A DNA stretch of 64,000 nucleotides, taken from NCBI GenBank assembly GCA_964016885.1, contig OZ024742.1, positions 163,742,001 to 163,806,000 on the forward strand. The letters are read 5' to 3'. The stretch comes from Eledone cirrhosa (Eukaryota). Shown one piece after another: positions 25,301 through 39,800 of this stretch. The translations under genes and the position numbers were made by a program. Below the pieces are notes generated by a model. That model was not told the origin of the DNA. It ran no database searches and worked only from the letters and a program-made list of their open reading frames with translations. Every line of letters begins with the position of its first letter. The stretch's first letter is position 1.

Positions 25301-27800
25301 GCTGCAAATTATCTCCCCTTGGACGGCTGGAAATTATCTCCCCTTGGACGGCTGGAAATTATCTCCCCTTGGAGGCTAGAAATTACCTCTCCTTGGACGG
25401 CTGAAAATTATCTCCCCTTGGACGGCTGGAAATTATCTCCCCTTGGCTGGAAATTATCTCCCCTTGGACGGCTAGAAATTATCTCTCTTTGGACGGCTGG
25501 AAATTATCTCCCCTTGATTTTTATTACAAATTATCTCCCCCTGATTTTTTAAAAAAAAATTATCTCCCCTTCGCTGGCTGGAAATTATCTTCCCTTGGAC
25601 GGCTGGAAATTATCTCCCCTTGATTTTTTTACAAATTATCTCCCCCTGATTTTTTTTACAAATATTCTCCCCCTGATTTTTTTTTACAAATTATCTCCCT
25701 CTGATTTTTTTTTACAAATTATCTCCGCCTGATTTTTTTAAAAAAATTATCTCCCCTTGGACGGCTGGAAATTATCTCCCCTTGGACGGCTGGAAATTAT
25801 CTCCCCTTGGACGGCTAGAAATTACCTCTCCTTGGACGGCTGAAAATTATCTCCCCTTGGACGGCTGCAAATTATCTCCCCTTGATTTTTTTTACAAATT
25901 ATCTCCCCCTGATTTTTTTTTACAAATTATCTCCCCCTGATTTTTTTTACAAATTATCTCCGCCTGATTTTTTTTAAAAAATTATCTCCCCTTGGACGGC
26001 TGGAAATTATCTCCCCTTGGACGGCTAGAAATTATCTCTCTTTGGACGGCTGGAAATTATCTCCCCTTGGACACTGGAAATTATAGCCCCTTGGAGGGCT
26101 GGAAATTATCTTCCCTTGGACGGCTGGAAATTATCTCCCCTTGATTTTGTTTACAAATTATCTCCCCCTGATTTTTTTTTACAAATTATCTCCGCCTGAT
26201 TTTTTTTAAAAATTATCTCTCCTTGGACGGCTGGAAATTATCTCCACTTGATTTTTTTTACAAATTATCTCCCCCTGATTTTTTTTTACAAATTATCTAC
26301 CCCTGATTTTTTTTTACAAATTATCTCCCCCTGATTTTTTTTACAAATTATCTCCCCCTGATTTTTTTTACAAATTATCTCCCCCTGATTTTTTTACAAA
26401 TTATCTCCCCCTGATTTTTTTTACAAATTATCTCCGCCTAATTTTTTTAAATATTATCTCCCCTTGATTTTTTTTACAAATTATCTCCCCCTGATTTTTT
26501 TTTACAAATTATCTCCCCCTGATTTTTTTTTACAAATTATCTTCCCCTGATTTTTTTTTACAAATTATCTCCCCCTGATTTTTTTTACAAATTATCTCCC
26601 CATGATTTTTTTACAAATTATCTCCCCTTGGCTGGCTGGAAATTATCTCCCCTTGGAGGCTGGAATTTATCTCCCCTTGGACGGCTAGAAATTACCTCTC
26701 CTTGGACGGCTGGAAAATATGTCTCCTTGGACGGCTGGATATTATCTACCCTTGGACGGCTGGAAATTATCTCCCCTTGGACGGCTGGAAATTATCTCCC
26801 CTTGGACGGCTAGATATTACCTCCCCTTGGACGGCTGGAAATTATCTCCCCTTGATTTTTTTTACAAATTATCTCCCCCTGATTTTTTTACAAATTATCT
26901 CCCCCTGATTTTTCTACAAATTATCTCCGCCTAATTTTTTTAAATATTATCTTCCCTTGGCTGGCGGGAAATTATCTCCCCTTGGACGGCTGAAAATTAT
27001 CTCCCCTTGGACGGCTGGAAATTATCTCCCCTTGATTTTTTTACAAATTATCTCCCCCTGATTATTTTTTACAAATTATCTCCCCCTGATTTTTTTTACA
27101 AATTATCTCCCCCTGATTTTTTTACAAATTATCTCCCCTTGGCTGGCTGGAAATTATCTCCCCTTGGAGGCTGGAATTTATCACCCCTTGGACGGTTAGA
27201 AATTACCTCTCCTTGGACGGCTGGAAAATATGTCTCCTTGGACGGCTGGAAATTATCTCCCCTTGGACGGCTGGAAATTATCTCCCCTTGGACGGCTGGA
27301 AATTATCTCTCCTCGGACGGCTAGAAATTACCTCTCCTTGGACGGCTGAAAATTATCTCCCATTGGAGGGCTGGAAATTATCTCCCCTTGATTTTTTTTA
27401 CAAATTATCTCCCCCTGATTTTTTTTTACAAATTATCTCCCCCTGATTTTTTTTTACAAATTATCTACCCCTGATTTTTTTTTACAAATTATCTCCCACT
27501 GATTTTTTTTACAAATTATCTCCCCCTGATTTTTTTTTTACAAATTATCTTCGCCTGATTTTTTTAAAAAAATTATCTCCCCTTGGACGGCTGGAAATTA
27601 TCTCCCCTTGGACGGCTGGAAATTATCTCCCCTTGGACGGCTAGAAATTACCTCTACTTGGACGGCTGAAAATTATCTCCCCTTGGACGGCTGCAAATTA
27701 TCTCCCCTTGATTTTTTTTACAAATTATCTCGCCCTGATTTTTTTTTACAAATTATCTCCCCTTGATTTTTTTTCTACAAATTATCTCCCCCTGATTTTT

Positions 27801-30800
27801 TTTACAATCTCCGCCTGATTTTTTAAAAAATTACCTTCCCTTGGCTGGCCGGAAATTATCTCCCCTTGGACGGCTGGAAATTATCTCCCCTTGGAAGGAT
27901 GGAAATTATCTCCCCTTGGACGGCTGGAAATTATCTCCCCTTGCACGGCTGGAAATTATGTCCCCTTGGACAGCTGGAAATTATCTGCCCTTGATTTTGT
28001 TTTTACAAATTATCTCCCCCTGATTTTTTTACAAATTATCTCCACCTGATTTTTTAAAAAATTATCTCCCCTTGGACGGCTGGAAATTATCTCCCCTTGG
28101 CTGGAAATTATCTCTCCTTGGACGGCTGGAAATTATCTCCCTTTGATTTTTTTTACAAATTATCTCCCTCTGATTTTTTTTACAAATTTCCCCCTGATTT
28201 AAAAAAAAAAATTATCTCCCCTTCGCTGGCTGGAAATTATCTCCCCTTGGACACTGGAAATTATAGCCCCTTGGAGGGCTGGAAATTATCTTCCCTTGGA
28301 CGGCTGGAAATTATCTCCCCTTGATTTCTTTTACAAATTATCTCCCCCTGATTTTTTTTTACAAATTATCTCCCCCTGATTTTTTTTTACAAATTATCTC
28401 CGCCTGATTTTTTTTTAAAATTATCTCTCCTTGGACGGCTGGAAATTATCTCCCCTTGATTTTTTTTACAAATTATCTCCCTCTGATTTTTTTTACAAAT
28501 TATCTCCCCCTGATTTTTTTTTACAAATTATCTCCCCCTGATTTTTTTTTAAAAATTATCTCCCCCTGATTTTTTTTACAAATTATCTCCCCCTGATTTT
28601 TTTTACAAATTATCTCCCCCTGATTTTTTTACAAATTATCTCCCCCTGATTTTTTTTACAAATTATCTCCGCCTAATTTTTTTAAATATTATCTTCCCTT
28701 GGCTGGCGGGAAATTATCTCCCCTTGGACGGCTGAAAATTATCTCCCCTTGGACGGCTGGAAATTATCTCCCCTTGATTTTTTTACAAATTATCTCCCCC
28801 TGATTATTTTTTACAAATTATCTCCCCCTGATTTTTTTTTACAAATTATCTCCCCCTGATTTTTTTTACAAATTATCTCCCCCTGATTTTTTTACAAATT
28901 ATCTCCCCTTGGCTGGCTGGAAATTATCTCCCCTTGGTGGCTGGAATTTATCACCCCTTGGACGGTTAGAAATTACCTCTCCTTGGACGGCTGGAAAATA
29001 TGTCTCCTTGGACGGCTGGAAATTATCTCCCCTTGGACGGCTGGAAATTATCTCTCCTCGGACGGCTAGAAATTACCTCTCCTTGGACGGCTGAAAATTA
29101 TCTCCCCTTGGACGGCTGGAAATTATCTCCCCTTGCACGGCTGGAAATTATCTCCCCTTGGACAGCTGGAAATTATCTGCCCTTGATTTTGTTTTTACAA
29201 ATTATCTCCCCCTGATTTTTTTTACAAATTATCTCCACCTGATTTTTTAAAAACTATCTCCCCTTGGACGGCTGGAAATTATCTCCCCTTGGACGGCTAG
29301 AAATTATCTCTCTTTGGACGGCTGGAAATTATCTCCCTTTGATTTTTTTTACAAATTATCTCCCTCTGATTTTTTTTACAAATTTCCACCTGATTTTTTT
29401 AAAAAAATTATCTCCCCTTCGCTGGCTGGAAATTATCTCCCCTTGGACACTGGAAATTATAGCCCCTTGGAGGGCTGGAAATTATCTTCCCTTGGACGGC
29501 TGGAAATTATCTCCCCTTGATTTTTTTTACAAATTATCTCCCCCTGATTTTTTTTTACAAATTATCTCCCCCTGATTTTTTTTTACAAATTATCTCCGCC
29601 TGATTTTTTTTTAAAATTATCTCTCCTTGGATGGCTGGAAATTATCTCCCCTTGATTTTTTTTACATATCATCTCCCCCTGATTTTTTTTACAAATTATC
29701 TCCCCCTGATTTTTTTTTACAAATTATCTACCCCTGATTTTTTTTTACAAATTATCTCCCCCTGATTTTTTTTACAAATTATCTCCCCCTGATTTTTTTA
29801 CAAATTATCTCCCCCTGATTTTTTTACAAATTATCTCCGCCTAATTTTTTTAAATATTATCTCCCCTTGGACGGCTGGAAATTATCTCCCCTTGATTTTT
29901 TTTACAAATTATCTCCCCCTGATTATTTTTTACAAATTATCTCCCCCTGATTTTTTTTTACAAATTATCTTCCCCTGATTTTTTTTTACAAATTATCTCC
30001 CCCTGATTTTTTTTACAAATTATCTCCCCATGATTTTTTTACAAATTATCTCCCCTTGGCTGGCTGGAAATTATCTCCCCTTGGAGGCTGGAATTTATCT
30101 CCCCTTGGACGGCTAGAAATTACCTCTCCTTGGACGGCTGGAAAATATGTCTCCTTGGACGGCTGGATATTATCTACCCTTGGACGGCTGGAAATTATCT
30201 CCCCTTGGACGGCTGGAAATTATCTCCCCTTGGACGGCTAGATATTACCTCCCCTTGGACGGCTGGAAATTATCTCCCCTTGATTTTTTTTACAAATTAT
30301 CTCCCCCTGATTTTTTTTACAAATTATCTCCCCCTGATTTTTTTACAAATTATCTCCCCCTGATTTTTCTACAAATTATCTCCGCCTAATTTTTTTAAAT
30401 ATTATCTTCCCTTGGCTGGCGGGAAATTATCTCCCCTTGGACGGCTGAAAATTATCTCCCCTTGGACGGCTGGAAATTATCTCCCCTTGATTTTTTTACA
30501 AATTATCTCCCCCTGATTATTTTTTACAAATTATCTCCCCCTGATTTTTTTTACAAATTATCTCCCCCTGATTTTTTTACAAATTATCTCCGCTTAATTT
30601 TTTTAAATATTATCTCCCCTTGGACGGCTGAAAATTATCTCCCCTTGGACGGCTGGAAATTATCTCCCCTTGATTTTTTTACAAATTATCTCCCCCTGAT
30701 TATTTTTTACAAATTATCTCCCCCTGATTTTTTTTTACAAATTATCTCCCCCTGATTTTTTTTACAAATTATCTCCCCTTGGCTGGCTGGAAATTATCTC

Positions 30801-33800
30801 CCCTTGGAGGCTGGAATTTATCTCCCCTTGGACGGTTAGAAATTACCTCTCCTTGGACGGCTGGAAAACATGTCTCCTTGGACGGCTGGAAATTATCTCC
30901 CCTTGGACGGCTGGAAATTATCTCCCCTTGCACGGCTGGAAATTATCTCTCCTCGGACGGCTAGAAATTACCTCTCCTTGGACGGCTGGAAATTATCTCC
31001 CCTTGATTTTTTTACAAATTATCTCCCCCTGATTTTTTTTTACAAATTATCTCCCCCTGATTTTTTTTTACAAATTATCTCCCCCTCATTTTTTTTTACA
31101 AATTATCCTCCCCTGATTTTTTTACAAATTATCTCCCCTTGGCTGGCTGGAAATTATCTCCCCTTGGAGGCTGGAATTTATCTCCCCTTGGACGGCTAGA
31201 AATTACCTCGCTTTGGACGGTTGGAAAATATGTCTCCTTGGACGGCTGGAAATTATCTCCCCTTGGACGGCTGGAAATTATCTCCCCTTGGACGGCTGGA
31301 AATTATCTCCCCTTGGACGGCTAGATATTACCTCCCCTTGGACGGCTGGAAATTATCTCCCCTTGATTTTTTTTACAAATTATCTCCCCCTGATTTTTTT
31401 TTACAAATTATCTCCCCCTGATTTTTTTTACGAATTATCTCCCCCTGATTTTTTTTTACAAATTATCTCCGCCTGATTTTTTTTAAAAAATTATCTCCCC
31501 TTGAACGGCCGGAAATTATCTCCCCTTGGACGGCTGGAAATTATCTCCCCTTGGACGGCTAGAAATTACCTCTCCTTGGACGGCTGAAAATTATCTCCCA
31601 TTGGACGGCTGCAAATTATCTCCCCTTGATTTTTTTAACAAATTATCTCCCCCTGATTTTTTTTTACAAATTATCTCCCCCTGATTTTTTTTTACAAATT
31701 ATCTACGCCTAATTTTTTTTACAAATTATCTCCCCCTGATTTTTTTTACAAATTATCTCCCCCTGATTTTTTTTACAAATTATCTCCCCCTGATTTTTTT
31801 TTACAAATTATCTCCCCCTGATTTTTTTACAAATTATCTCACCCCTGATTTTTTTTACAATCTCCGCCTGATTTTTTAAAAAATTATCTTCCCTTGGCTG
31901 GCGGGAAATTATCTCCCCTTGGACGGCTGGAAATTATATCCCCTTGGAAGGATGGAAATTATCTCCCCTTGGACGGCTGGAAATTATCTCCCCTTGTACG
32001 GCTGGAAATTATCTCCCCTTGGACAGCTGGAAATTATCTGCCCTTGATTTTGTTTTTACAAATTATCTCCCCCTGATTTTTTTTACAAATTATCTCCACC
32101 TGATTTTTTAAAAAATTATCTCCCCTTGGACGGCTGGAAATTATCTCCCCTTGATTTTTTTTACAAATTATCTCCCCCTGATTTTTTTTTACAAATTATC
32201 TCCCCCTGATTTTTTTTTACAAATTATCTTCGCCTGATTTTTTTTAAAAATTATCTCTCCTTGGACGGCTGGATATTATCTCCCCTTTCATTTTTTTTAT
32301 AAATTATCTCCCCCTGATTTTTTTTTACAAATTATCTCCCCCTGATTTTTTTTTACAAATTATCTACCCCTGATTTTTTTTTACAAATTATCTCCCCCTG
32401 ATTTTTCTTACAAATTATCTCCCCCTGATTTTTTTTTTACAAATTATCTCCCCCTGATTTTTTTACAAATTATCTCCCCCTGATTTTTTTTACAAATTAT
32501 CTCCGCCTGATTTTTTTAAATATTATCTTCCCTTGGCTGGCGGGAAATTATCTCCCCTTGGACGGCTGAAAATTATCTCCCCTTGGACGGCTGGAAATTA
32601 TCTCCACTTGATTTTTTTTACAAATTATCTCCCCCTAATTTTTTTTTACAAATTATCTCCCCCTGATTTTTTTTTACAAATTATCCCCCTGATTTTTTTT
32701 TACAAATTATCTCCCCCTGATTTTTTTTACAAATTATCTCCCCATGATTTTTTTACAAATTATCTCCCCTTGGCTGGCTGGAAATTATCTCCCCTTGGAG
32801 GCTGGAATTAATCTCCCCTTGGACGGCTAGAAATTACCTCTCCTTGGACGGCTGGAAAATATGTCTCCTTGGACGGCTGGATATTATCTACCCTTGGACG
32901 GCTGGAAATTATCTCCCCTTGGACGGCTGGAAATTATCTCCCCTTGGACGGCTAGATATTACCTCCCCTTGGACGGCTGGAAATTATCTCCCCTTGATTT
33001 TTTTTACAAATTATCTCCCCCTGATTTTTTTTACAAATTATCTCCCCCTGATTTTTTTACAAATTATCTCCCCTTGATTTTTTTTACAAATTATCTCCGC
33101 CTAATTTTTTTAAATATTATCTTCCCTTGGCTGGCGGGAAATTATCTCCCCTTGGACGGCTGAAAATTATCTCCCCTTGGACGGCTGGAAATTATCTCCC
33201 CTTGATTTTTTTTACAAATTATCTCCCCCTGATTATTTTTTACAAATTATCTCTTCCTGATTTTTTTTACAAATTATCTCCCCCTGATTTTTTTTACAAA
33301 TTATCTCCCCCTGATATTTTTACAAATTATCTCCCCTTGGCTGGCTGGAAATTATCTCCCCTTGGAGGCTGGAATTTATCTCCCATTGGACGGCTAGAAA
33401 ATACCTCTCCTTGGACGGCTGGAAAATATGTCTCCTTGGACGGCTGGAATTTATCTCCCCTTGGACGGCTGGAAATTATCTCCCCTTGGACGGCTGGAAA
33501 TTATCTCTCCTTGGACGGCTAGAAATTACCTCTCCTTGGACGGCTGAAAATTATCTCCCCTTGGACGGCTGGAAATTATCTCCCCTTGATTTTTTTTACA
33601 AATTATCTCCCCCTGATTTTTTTTTACAAATTATCTCCCCCTGATTTTTTTTTACAAATTATCTCCCCCTGATTTTTTTTTACAAATTATCTCCCCCTGA
33701 TATTTTTTACAAATTATCTCCCCCTGATTTTTTTACAAATTATCTCCCCTTGGCTGGCTGGAAATTATCTCCCCTTGGAGGCTGGAAATTATCTCCCCTT

Positions 33801-36800
33801 GGACGGCTAGAAATTACCTCGCCTTGGACGGCTGGAAAATATGTCTCCTTGGACGGCTGGAAATTATCTCCCCTTGGACGGCTGGAAATTATCTCCCCTT
33901 GGACGGCTAGATATTACCTCCCCTTGGACGGCTGGAAATTATCTCCCCTTGATTTTTTTTTACAAATTATCTCCCCCTGATTTTTTTTTACAAATTATCT
34001 CCCCCTGATTTTTTTTTACGAATTATCTCCCCCTGATTTTTTTTACAAATTATCTCCGCCTGATTTTTTTAAAAAAATTATCTCCCCTTGGACGGCTGGA
34101 AATTATCTCCCCTTGATTTTTTTTACAAATTATCTCCCCCTGATTTTTTTTTACAAATTATCTCCCCCTGATTTTTTTTTACAAATTATCTACCCCTGAT
34201 TTTTTTTTACAAATTATCTCCCACTGATTTTTTTTACAAATTATCTCCCCCTGATTTTTTTTTTACAAATTATCTTCGCCTGATTTTTTTAAAAAAATTA
34301 TCTCCCCTTGGACGGCTGGAAATTATCTCCCCTTGGACGGCTGGAAATTATCTCCCCTTGGACGGCTAGAAATTACCTCTACTTGGACGGCTGAAAATTA
34401 TCTCCCCTTGGACGGCTGCAAATTATCTCCCCTTGATTTTTTTTACAAATTATCTCCCCCTGATTTTTTTTTACAAATTATCTCCCCTTGATTTTTTTTC
34501 TACAAATTATCTCCCCCTGATTTTTTTTACAATCTCCGCCTGATTTTTTAAAAAATTATCTTCCCTTGGCTGGCGGGAAATTATCTCCCCTTGGACGGCT
34601 GGAAATTATCTCCCCTTGGAAGGATGGAAATTATCTCCCCTTGCACGGCTGGAAATTATCTCCCCTTGGACAGCTGGAAATTATCTGCCCTTTATTTTGT
34701 TTTTACAAATTATCTCCCCCTGATTTTTTTTACAAATTATCTCCCCTTCGCTGGCTGGAAATTATCTCCCCTTGGACACTGGAAATTATAGCCCCTTGGA
34801 GGGCTGGAAATTATCTTCCCTTGGACGGCTGGAAATTATCTCCCCTTGATTTTTTTTACAAATTATCTCCCCCTGATTTTTTTTTACAAATTATCTCCCC
34901 CTGATTTTTTTTTACAAATTACCTCCGCCAGATTTTTTTTTAAAATTATCTCTCCTTGGACGGCTGGAAATTATCTCCCCTTGATTTTTTTTACAAATTA
35001 TCTCCCTCTGATTTTTTTTTACAAATTATCTCCCCCTGATTTTTTTTTACAAATTATCTACCCCTGATTTTTTTTTACAAATTATCTCCCCCTGATTTTT
35101 TTTACAAATTATCTCCCCCTGATTTTTTTTACAAATTATCTCCCCCTGATTTTTTTACAAATTATCTCCCCCTGATTTTTTTTACAAATTATCTCCGCCT
35201 AATTTTTTTAAATATTATCTTCCCTTGGCTGGCGGGAAATTATCTCCCCTTGGACGGCTGAAAATTATCTCCCCTTGGACGGCTGGAAATTATCTCCCCT
35301 TGATTTTTTTACAAATTATCTCCCCCTGATTATTTTTTACAAATTATCTCCCCCTGATTTTTTTTTACAAATTATCTCCCCCTGATTTTTTTTACAAATT
35401 ATCTCCCCCTGATTTTTTTACAAATTATCTCCCCTTGGCTGGCTGGAAATTATCTCCCCTTGGAGGCTGGAATTTATCACCCCTTGGACGGTTAGAAATT
35501 ACCTCTCCTTGGACGGCTGGAAAATATGTCTCCTTGGACGGCTGGAAATTATCTCCCCTTGGACGGCTGGAAATTATCTCTCCTCGGACGGCTAGAAATT
35601 ACCTCTCCTTGGACGGCTGAAAATTATCTCCCCTTGGACGGCTGGAAATTATCTCCCCTTGATTTTTTTTACAAATTATCTCCGCCTGATTTTTTTAAAA
35701 ATTATCTTCCCTTGGCTGGCGGGAAATTATCTCCCCTTGGACGGCTGGAAATTATCTCCCCTTGGAAGGATGGAAATTATCTCCCCTTGGACGGCTGGAA
35801 ATTATCTCCCCTTGCACGGCTGGAAATTATCTCCCCTTGGACAGCTGGAAATTATCTGCCCTTGATTTTGTTTTTACAAATTATCTCCCCCTGATTTTTT
35901 TTACAAATTATCTCCACCTGATTTTTTAAAAAATTATCTCCCCTTGGACGGCTGGAAATTATCTCCCCTTGGACGGCTAGAAATTATCTCTCTTTGGACG
36001 GCTGGAAATTATCTCCCTTTGATTTTTTTTACAAATTATCTCCCTCTGATTTTTTTTACAAATTTCCCCCTGATTTTTTTAAAAAAATTATCTCCCCTTC
36101 GCTGGCTGGAAATTATCTCCCCTTGGACACTGGAAATTATAGCCCCTTGGAGGGCTGGAAATTATCTTCCCTTGAACGGCTGGAAATTATCTCCCCTTGA
36201 TTTTTTTTACAAATTATCTCCCCATGATTTTTTTTTACAAATTATCTCCCCCTGATTTTTTTTTACAAATTATCTCCGCCTGATTTTTTTTTTAAATTAT
36301 CTCTCCTTGGACGGCTGGAAATTATCTCCCCTTGATTTTTTTTACATATCATTTCCCCCTGATTTTTTTTTACAAATTATCTCCCCCTGATTTTTTTTTA
36401 CAAATTATCTACCCCTGATTTTTTTTACAAATTATCTCCACCTGATTTTTTTACAAATTATCTCCCGCTGATTTTTTTTACAAATTATCTCCGCCTAATT
36501 TTTTTAAATATTATCTCCCCTTGGACGGCTGAAAATTATCTCCCCTTGGACGGCTGGAAATTATCTCCCCTTGATTTTTTTACAAATTATCTCCCCCTGA
36601 TTATTTTTTACAAATTATCTCCCCCTGATTTTTTTTTACAAATTATCTCCCCCTGATTTTTTTTACAAATTATCTCCCCCTGATTTTTTTTACAAATTAT
36701 CTCCCCTTGGAGGCTGGAATTTATCTCCCCTTGGACGGTTAGAAATTACCTCTCCTTGGACGGCTGGAAAATATGTCTCCTTGGACGGCTGGAAATTATC

Positions 36801-39800
36801 TCCCCTTGGACGGCTGGAAATTATCTCCCCTTGCACGGCTGGAAATTATCTCTCCTCGGACGGCTAGAAATTACCTCTCCTTGGACGGCTGAAAATTATC
36901 TCCCCTTGGACGGCTGGAAATTATCTCCCCTTGATTTTTTTTACAAATTATCTCCCCCTGATTTTTTTTTACAAATTATCTCCCCCTGATTTTTTTTTAC
37001 AAATTATCTCCCCCTCATTTTTTTTTTAAAATTATCCTCCCCTGATTTTTTTACAAATTATCTCCCCTTGGCTGGCTGGAAATTATCTCCCCTTGGAGGC
37101 TGGAATTTATCTCCCCTTGGACGGCTAGAAATTACCTCGCTTTGGACGGTTGGAAAATATGTCTCCTTGGACGGCTGGAAATTATCTCCCCTTGGACGGC
37201 TGGAAATTATCTCCCCTTGGACGGCTGGAAATTATCTCCCCTTGGACGGCTAGATATTACCTCCCCTTGGACGGCTGGAAATTATTTCCCCTTGATTTTT
37301 TTTACAAATTATCTCCCCCTGATTTTTTTTTACAAATTATCTCCCCCTGATTTTTTTTACGAATTATCTCCCCCTGATTTTTTTTTACAAATTATCTCCG
37401 CCTGATTTTTTTTAAAAAATTATCCCCCTTGAACGGCTGGAAATTATCTCCCCTTGGACGGCTGGAAATTATCTCCCCTTGGACGGCTAGAAATTACCTC
37501 TCCTTGGACGTCTGAAAATTATCTCCCATTGGACGGCTGCAAATTATCTCCCCTTGATTTTTTTAACAAATTATCTCCCCCTGATTTTTTTTTACAAATT
37601 ATCTCCCCCTGATTTTTTTTTACAAATTATCTACGCCTAATTTTTTTTACAAATTATCTCCCCCTGATTTTTTTTACAAATTATCTCCCCCTGATTTTTT
37701 TTACAAATTATCTCCCCCTGATTTTTTTTTACAAATTATCTCCCCCTGATTTTTTTACAAATTATCTCCCCCCTGATTTTTTTTACAATCTCCGCCTGAT
37801 TTTTTTAAAAATTATCTTCCCTTGGCTGGCGGGAAATTATCTCCCCTTGGACGGCTGGAAATTATATCCCCTTGGAAGGATGGAAATTATCTCCCCTTGG
37901 ACGGCTGGAAATTATCTCCCCTTGTACGGCTGGAAATTATCTCCCCTTGGACAGCTGGAAATTATCTGCCCTTGATTTTGTTTTTACAAATTATCTCCCC
38001 CTGATTTTTTTTACAAATTATCTCCACCTGATTTTTTAAAAAATTATCTCCCCTTGGACGGCTGGAAATTATCTCCCCTTGATTTTTTTTACAAATTATC
38101 TCCCCCTGATTTTTTTTTACAAATTATCTCCCCCTGATTTTTTTTTACAAATTATCTTCGCCTGATTTTTTTTAAAAATTATCTCTCCTTGGACGGCTGG
38201 ATATTATCTCCCCTTTCATTTTTTTTACAAATTATCTCCCCCTGATTTTTTTTTACAAATTATCTACCCCTGATTTTTTTTTACAAATTATCTCCCCCTG
38301 ATTTTTTTTACAAATTATCTCCCCCTGATTTTTTTTTTACAAATTATCTCCCCCTGATTTTTTTACAAATTATCTCCCCCTGATTTTTTTTACAAATTAT
38401 CTCCGCCTGATTTTTTTAAATATTATCTTGCCTTGGCTGGCGGGAAATAATCTCCCCTTGGACGGCTGAAAATTATCTCCCCTTGGACGGCTGGAAATTA
38501 TCTCCCCTTGATTTTTTTTACAAATTATCTCCCCCTAATATTTTTTTACAAATTATCTCCCCCTGATTTTTTTTTACAAATTATCTCCCCCTGATTTTTT
38601 TTTACAAATTATCTCCCCATGATTTTTTTACAAATTATCTCCCCTTGGAGGCTGGAATTAATCTCCCCTTGGACGGCTAGAAATTACCTCTCCTTGGACG
38701 GCTGGAAAATATGTCTCCTTGGACGGCTGGATATTATCTACCCTTGGACGGCTGGAAATTATCTCCCCTTGGACGGCTGGAAATTATCTCCCCTTGGACG
38801 GCTAGATATTACCTCCCCTTGGACGGCTGGAAATTATCTCGCCTTGATTTTCTTTACAAATTATCTCCCCCTGATTTTTTTTACAAATTATCTCCCCCTG
38901 ATTTTTTTAAATATTATCTTCCCTTGGCTGGCGGGAAATTATCTCCCCTTGGACGGCTGAAAATTATCTCCCCTTGGACGGCTGGAAATTATCTCCCCTT
39001 GATTTTTTTTACAAATTATCTCCCCCTGATTATTTTTTACAAATTATCTCTTCCTGATTTTTTTTACAAATTATCTCCCCCTGATTTCTTTTACAAATTA
39101 TCTCCCCCTGATCTTTTTACAAATTATCTCCCCTTGGCTGGCTGGAAATTATCTCCCCTTGGAGGCTGGAATTTATCTCCCATTGGACGGCTAGAAATTA
39201 CCTCTCCTTGGACGGCTGGAAAATATGTCTCCTTGGACGGCTGGAAATTATCTCCCCTTGGACGGCTGGAAATTATCTCCCCTTGGACGGCTGGAAATTA
39301 TCTCTCCTTGGACGGCTAGAAATTACCTCTCCTTGGACGGCTGAAAATTATCTCCCCTTGGACGGCTGGAAATTATCTCCTCTTGATTTTTGTTACAAAT
39401 TATCTCCCCCTGATTTTTTTTTACAAATTATCTCCCACTGATTTTTTTTTACAAATTATCTCCCCCTGATATTTTTTACAAATTATCTCCCCCTGATTTT
39501 TTTACAAATTATCTCCCCTTGGCTGGCTGGAAATTATCTCCCCTTGGAGGCTGGAATTTATCTCCCCTTGGACGGCTAGAAATTACCTCTCCTTGGACGG
39601 CTAGAAAATATGTCTCCTTGGACGGCTGGAAATTATCTCCCCTTGGACGGCTGGAAATTATCTCCTCTTGGACGGCTGGAAATTATCTCCCCTTGGGCGG
39701 CTAGATATTACCTCCCCTTGGACTACTGGAAATTATCTCCCCTTGATTTTTTTTACCAATTATCTCCCCCTGATTTTTTTTTACAAATTATCTCCCCCTG

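Larger units (their letters stand above)
1000..25850 (+). repeat. Four diverged copies of a ~5.8-6.5 kb higher-order unit, with a ~12.3 kb dimer periodicity
   Basis: Marker cassettes recur at 3339/9242/15681/21525 (CTCGCTTTGGACGGTTGG), 4094/9996/16435/22279 (TTGTACGG cassette) and 1109/7609/14075/20127. Dimer offsets of 12,283-12,518 are seen for 5327/17642, 6739/19081, 7609/20127, 9996/22279 and 12017/24353. Confidence 0.88.
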
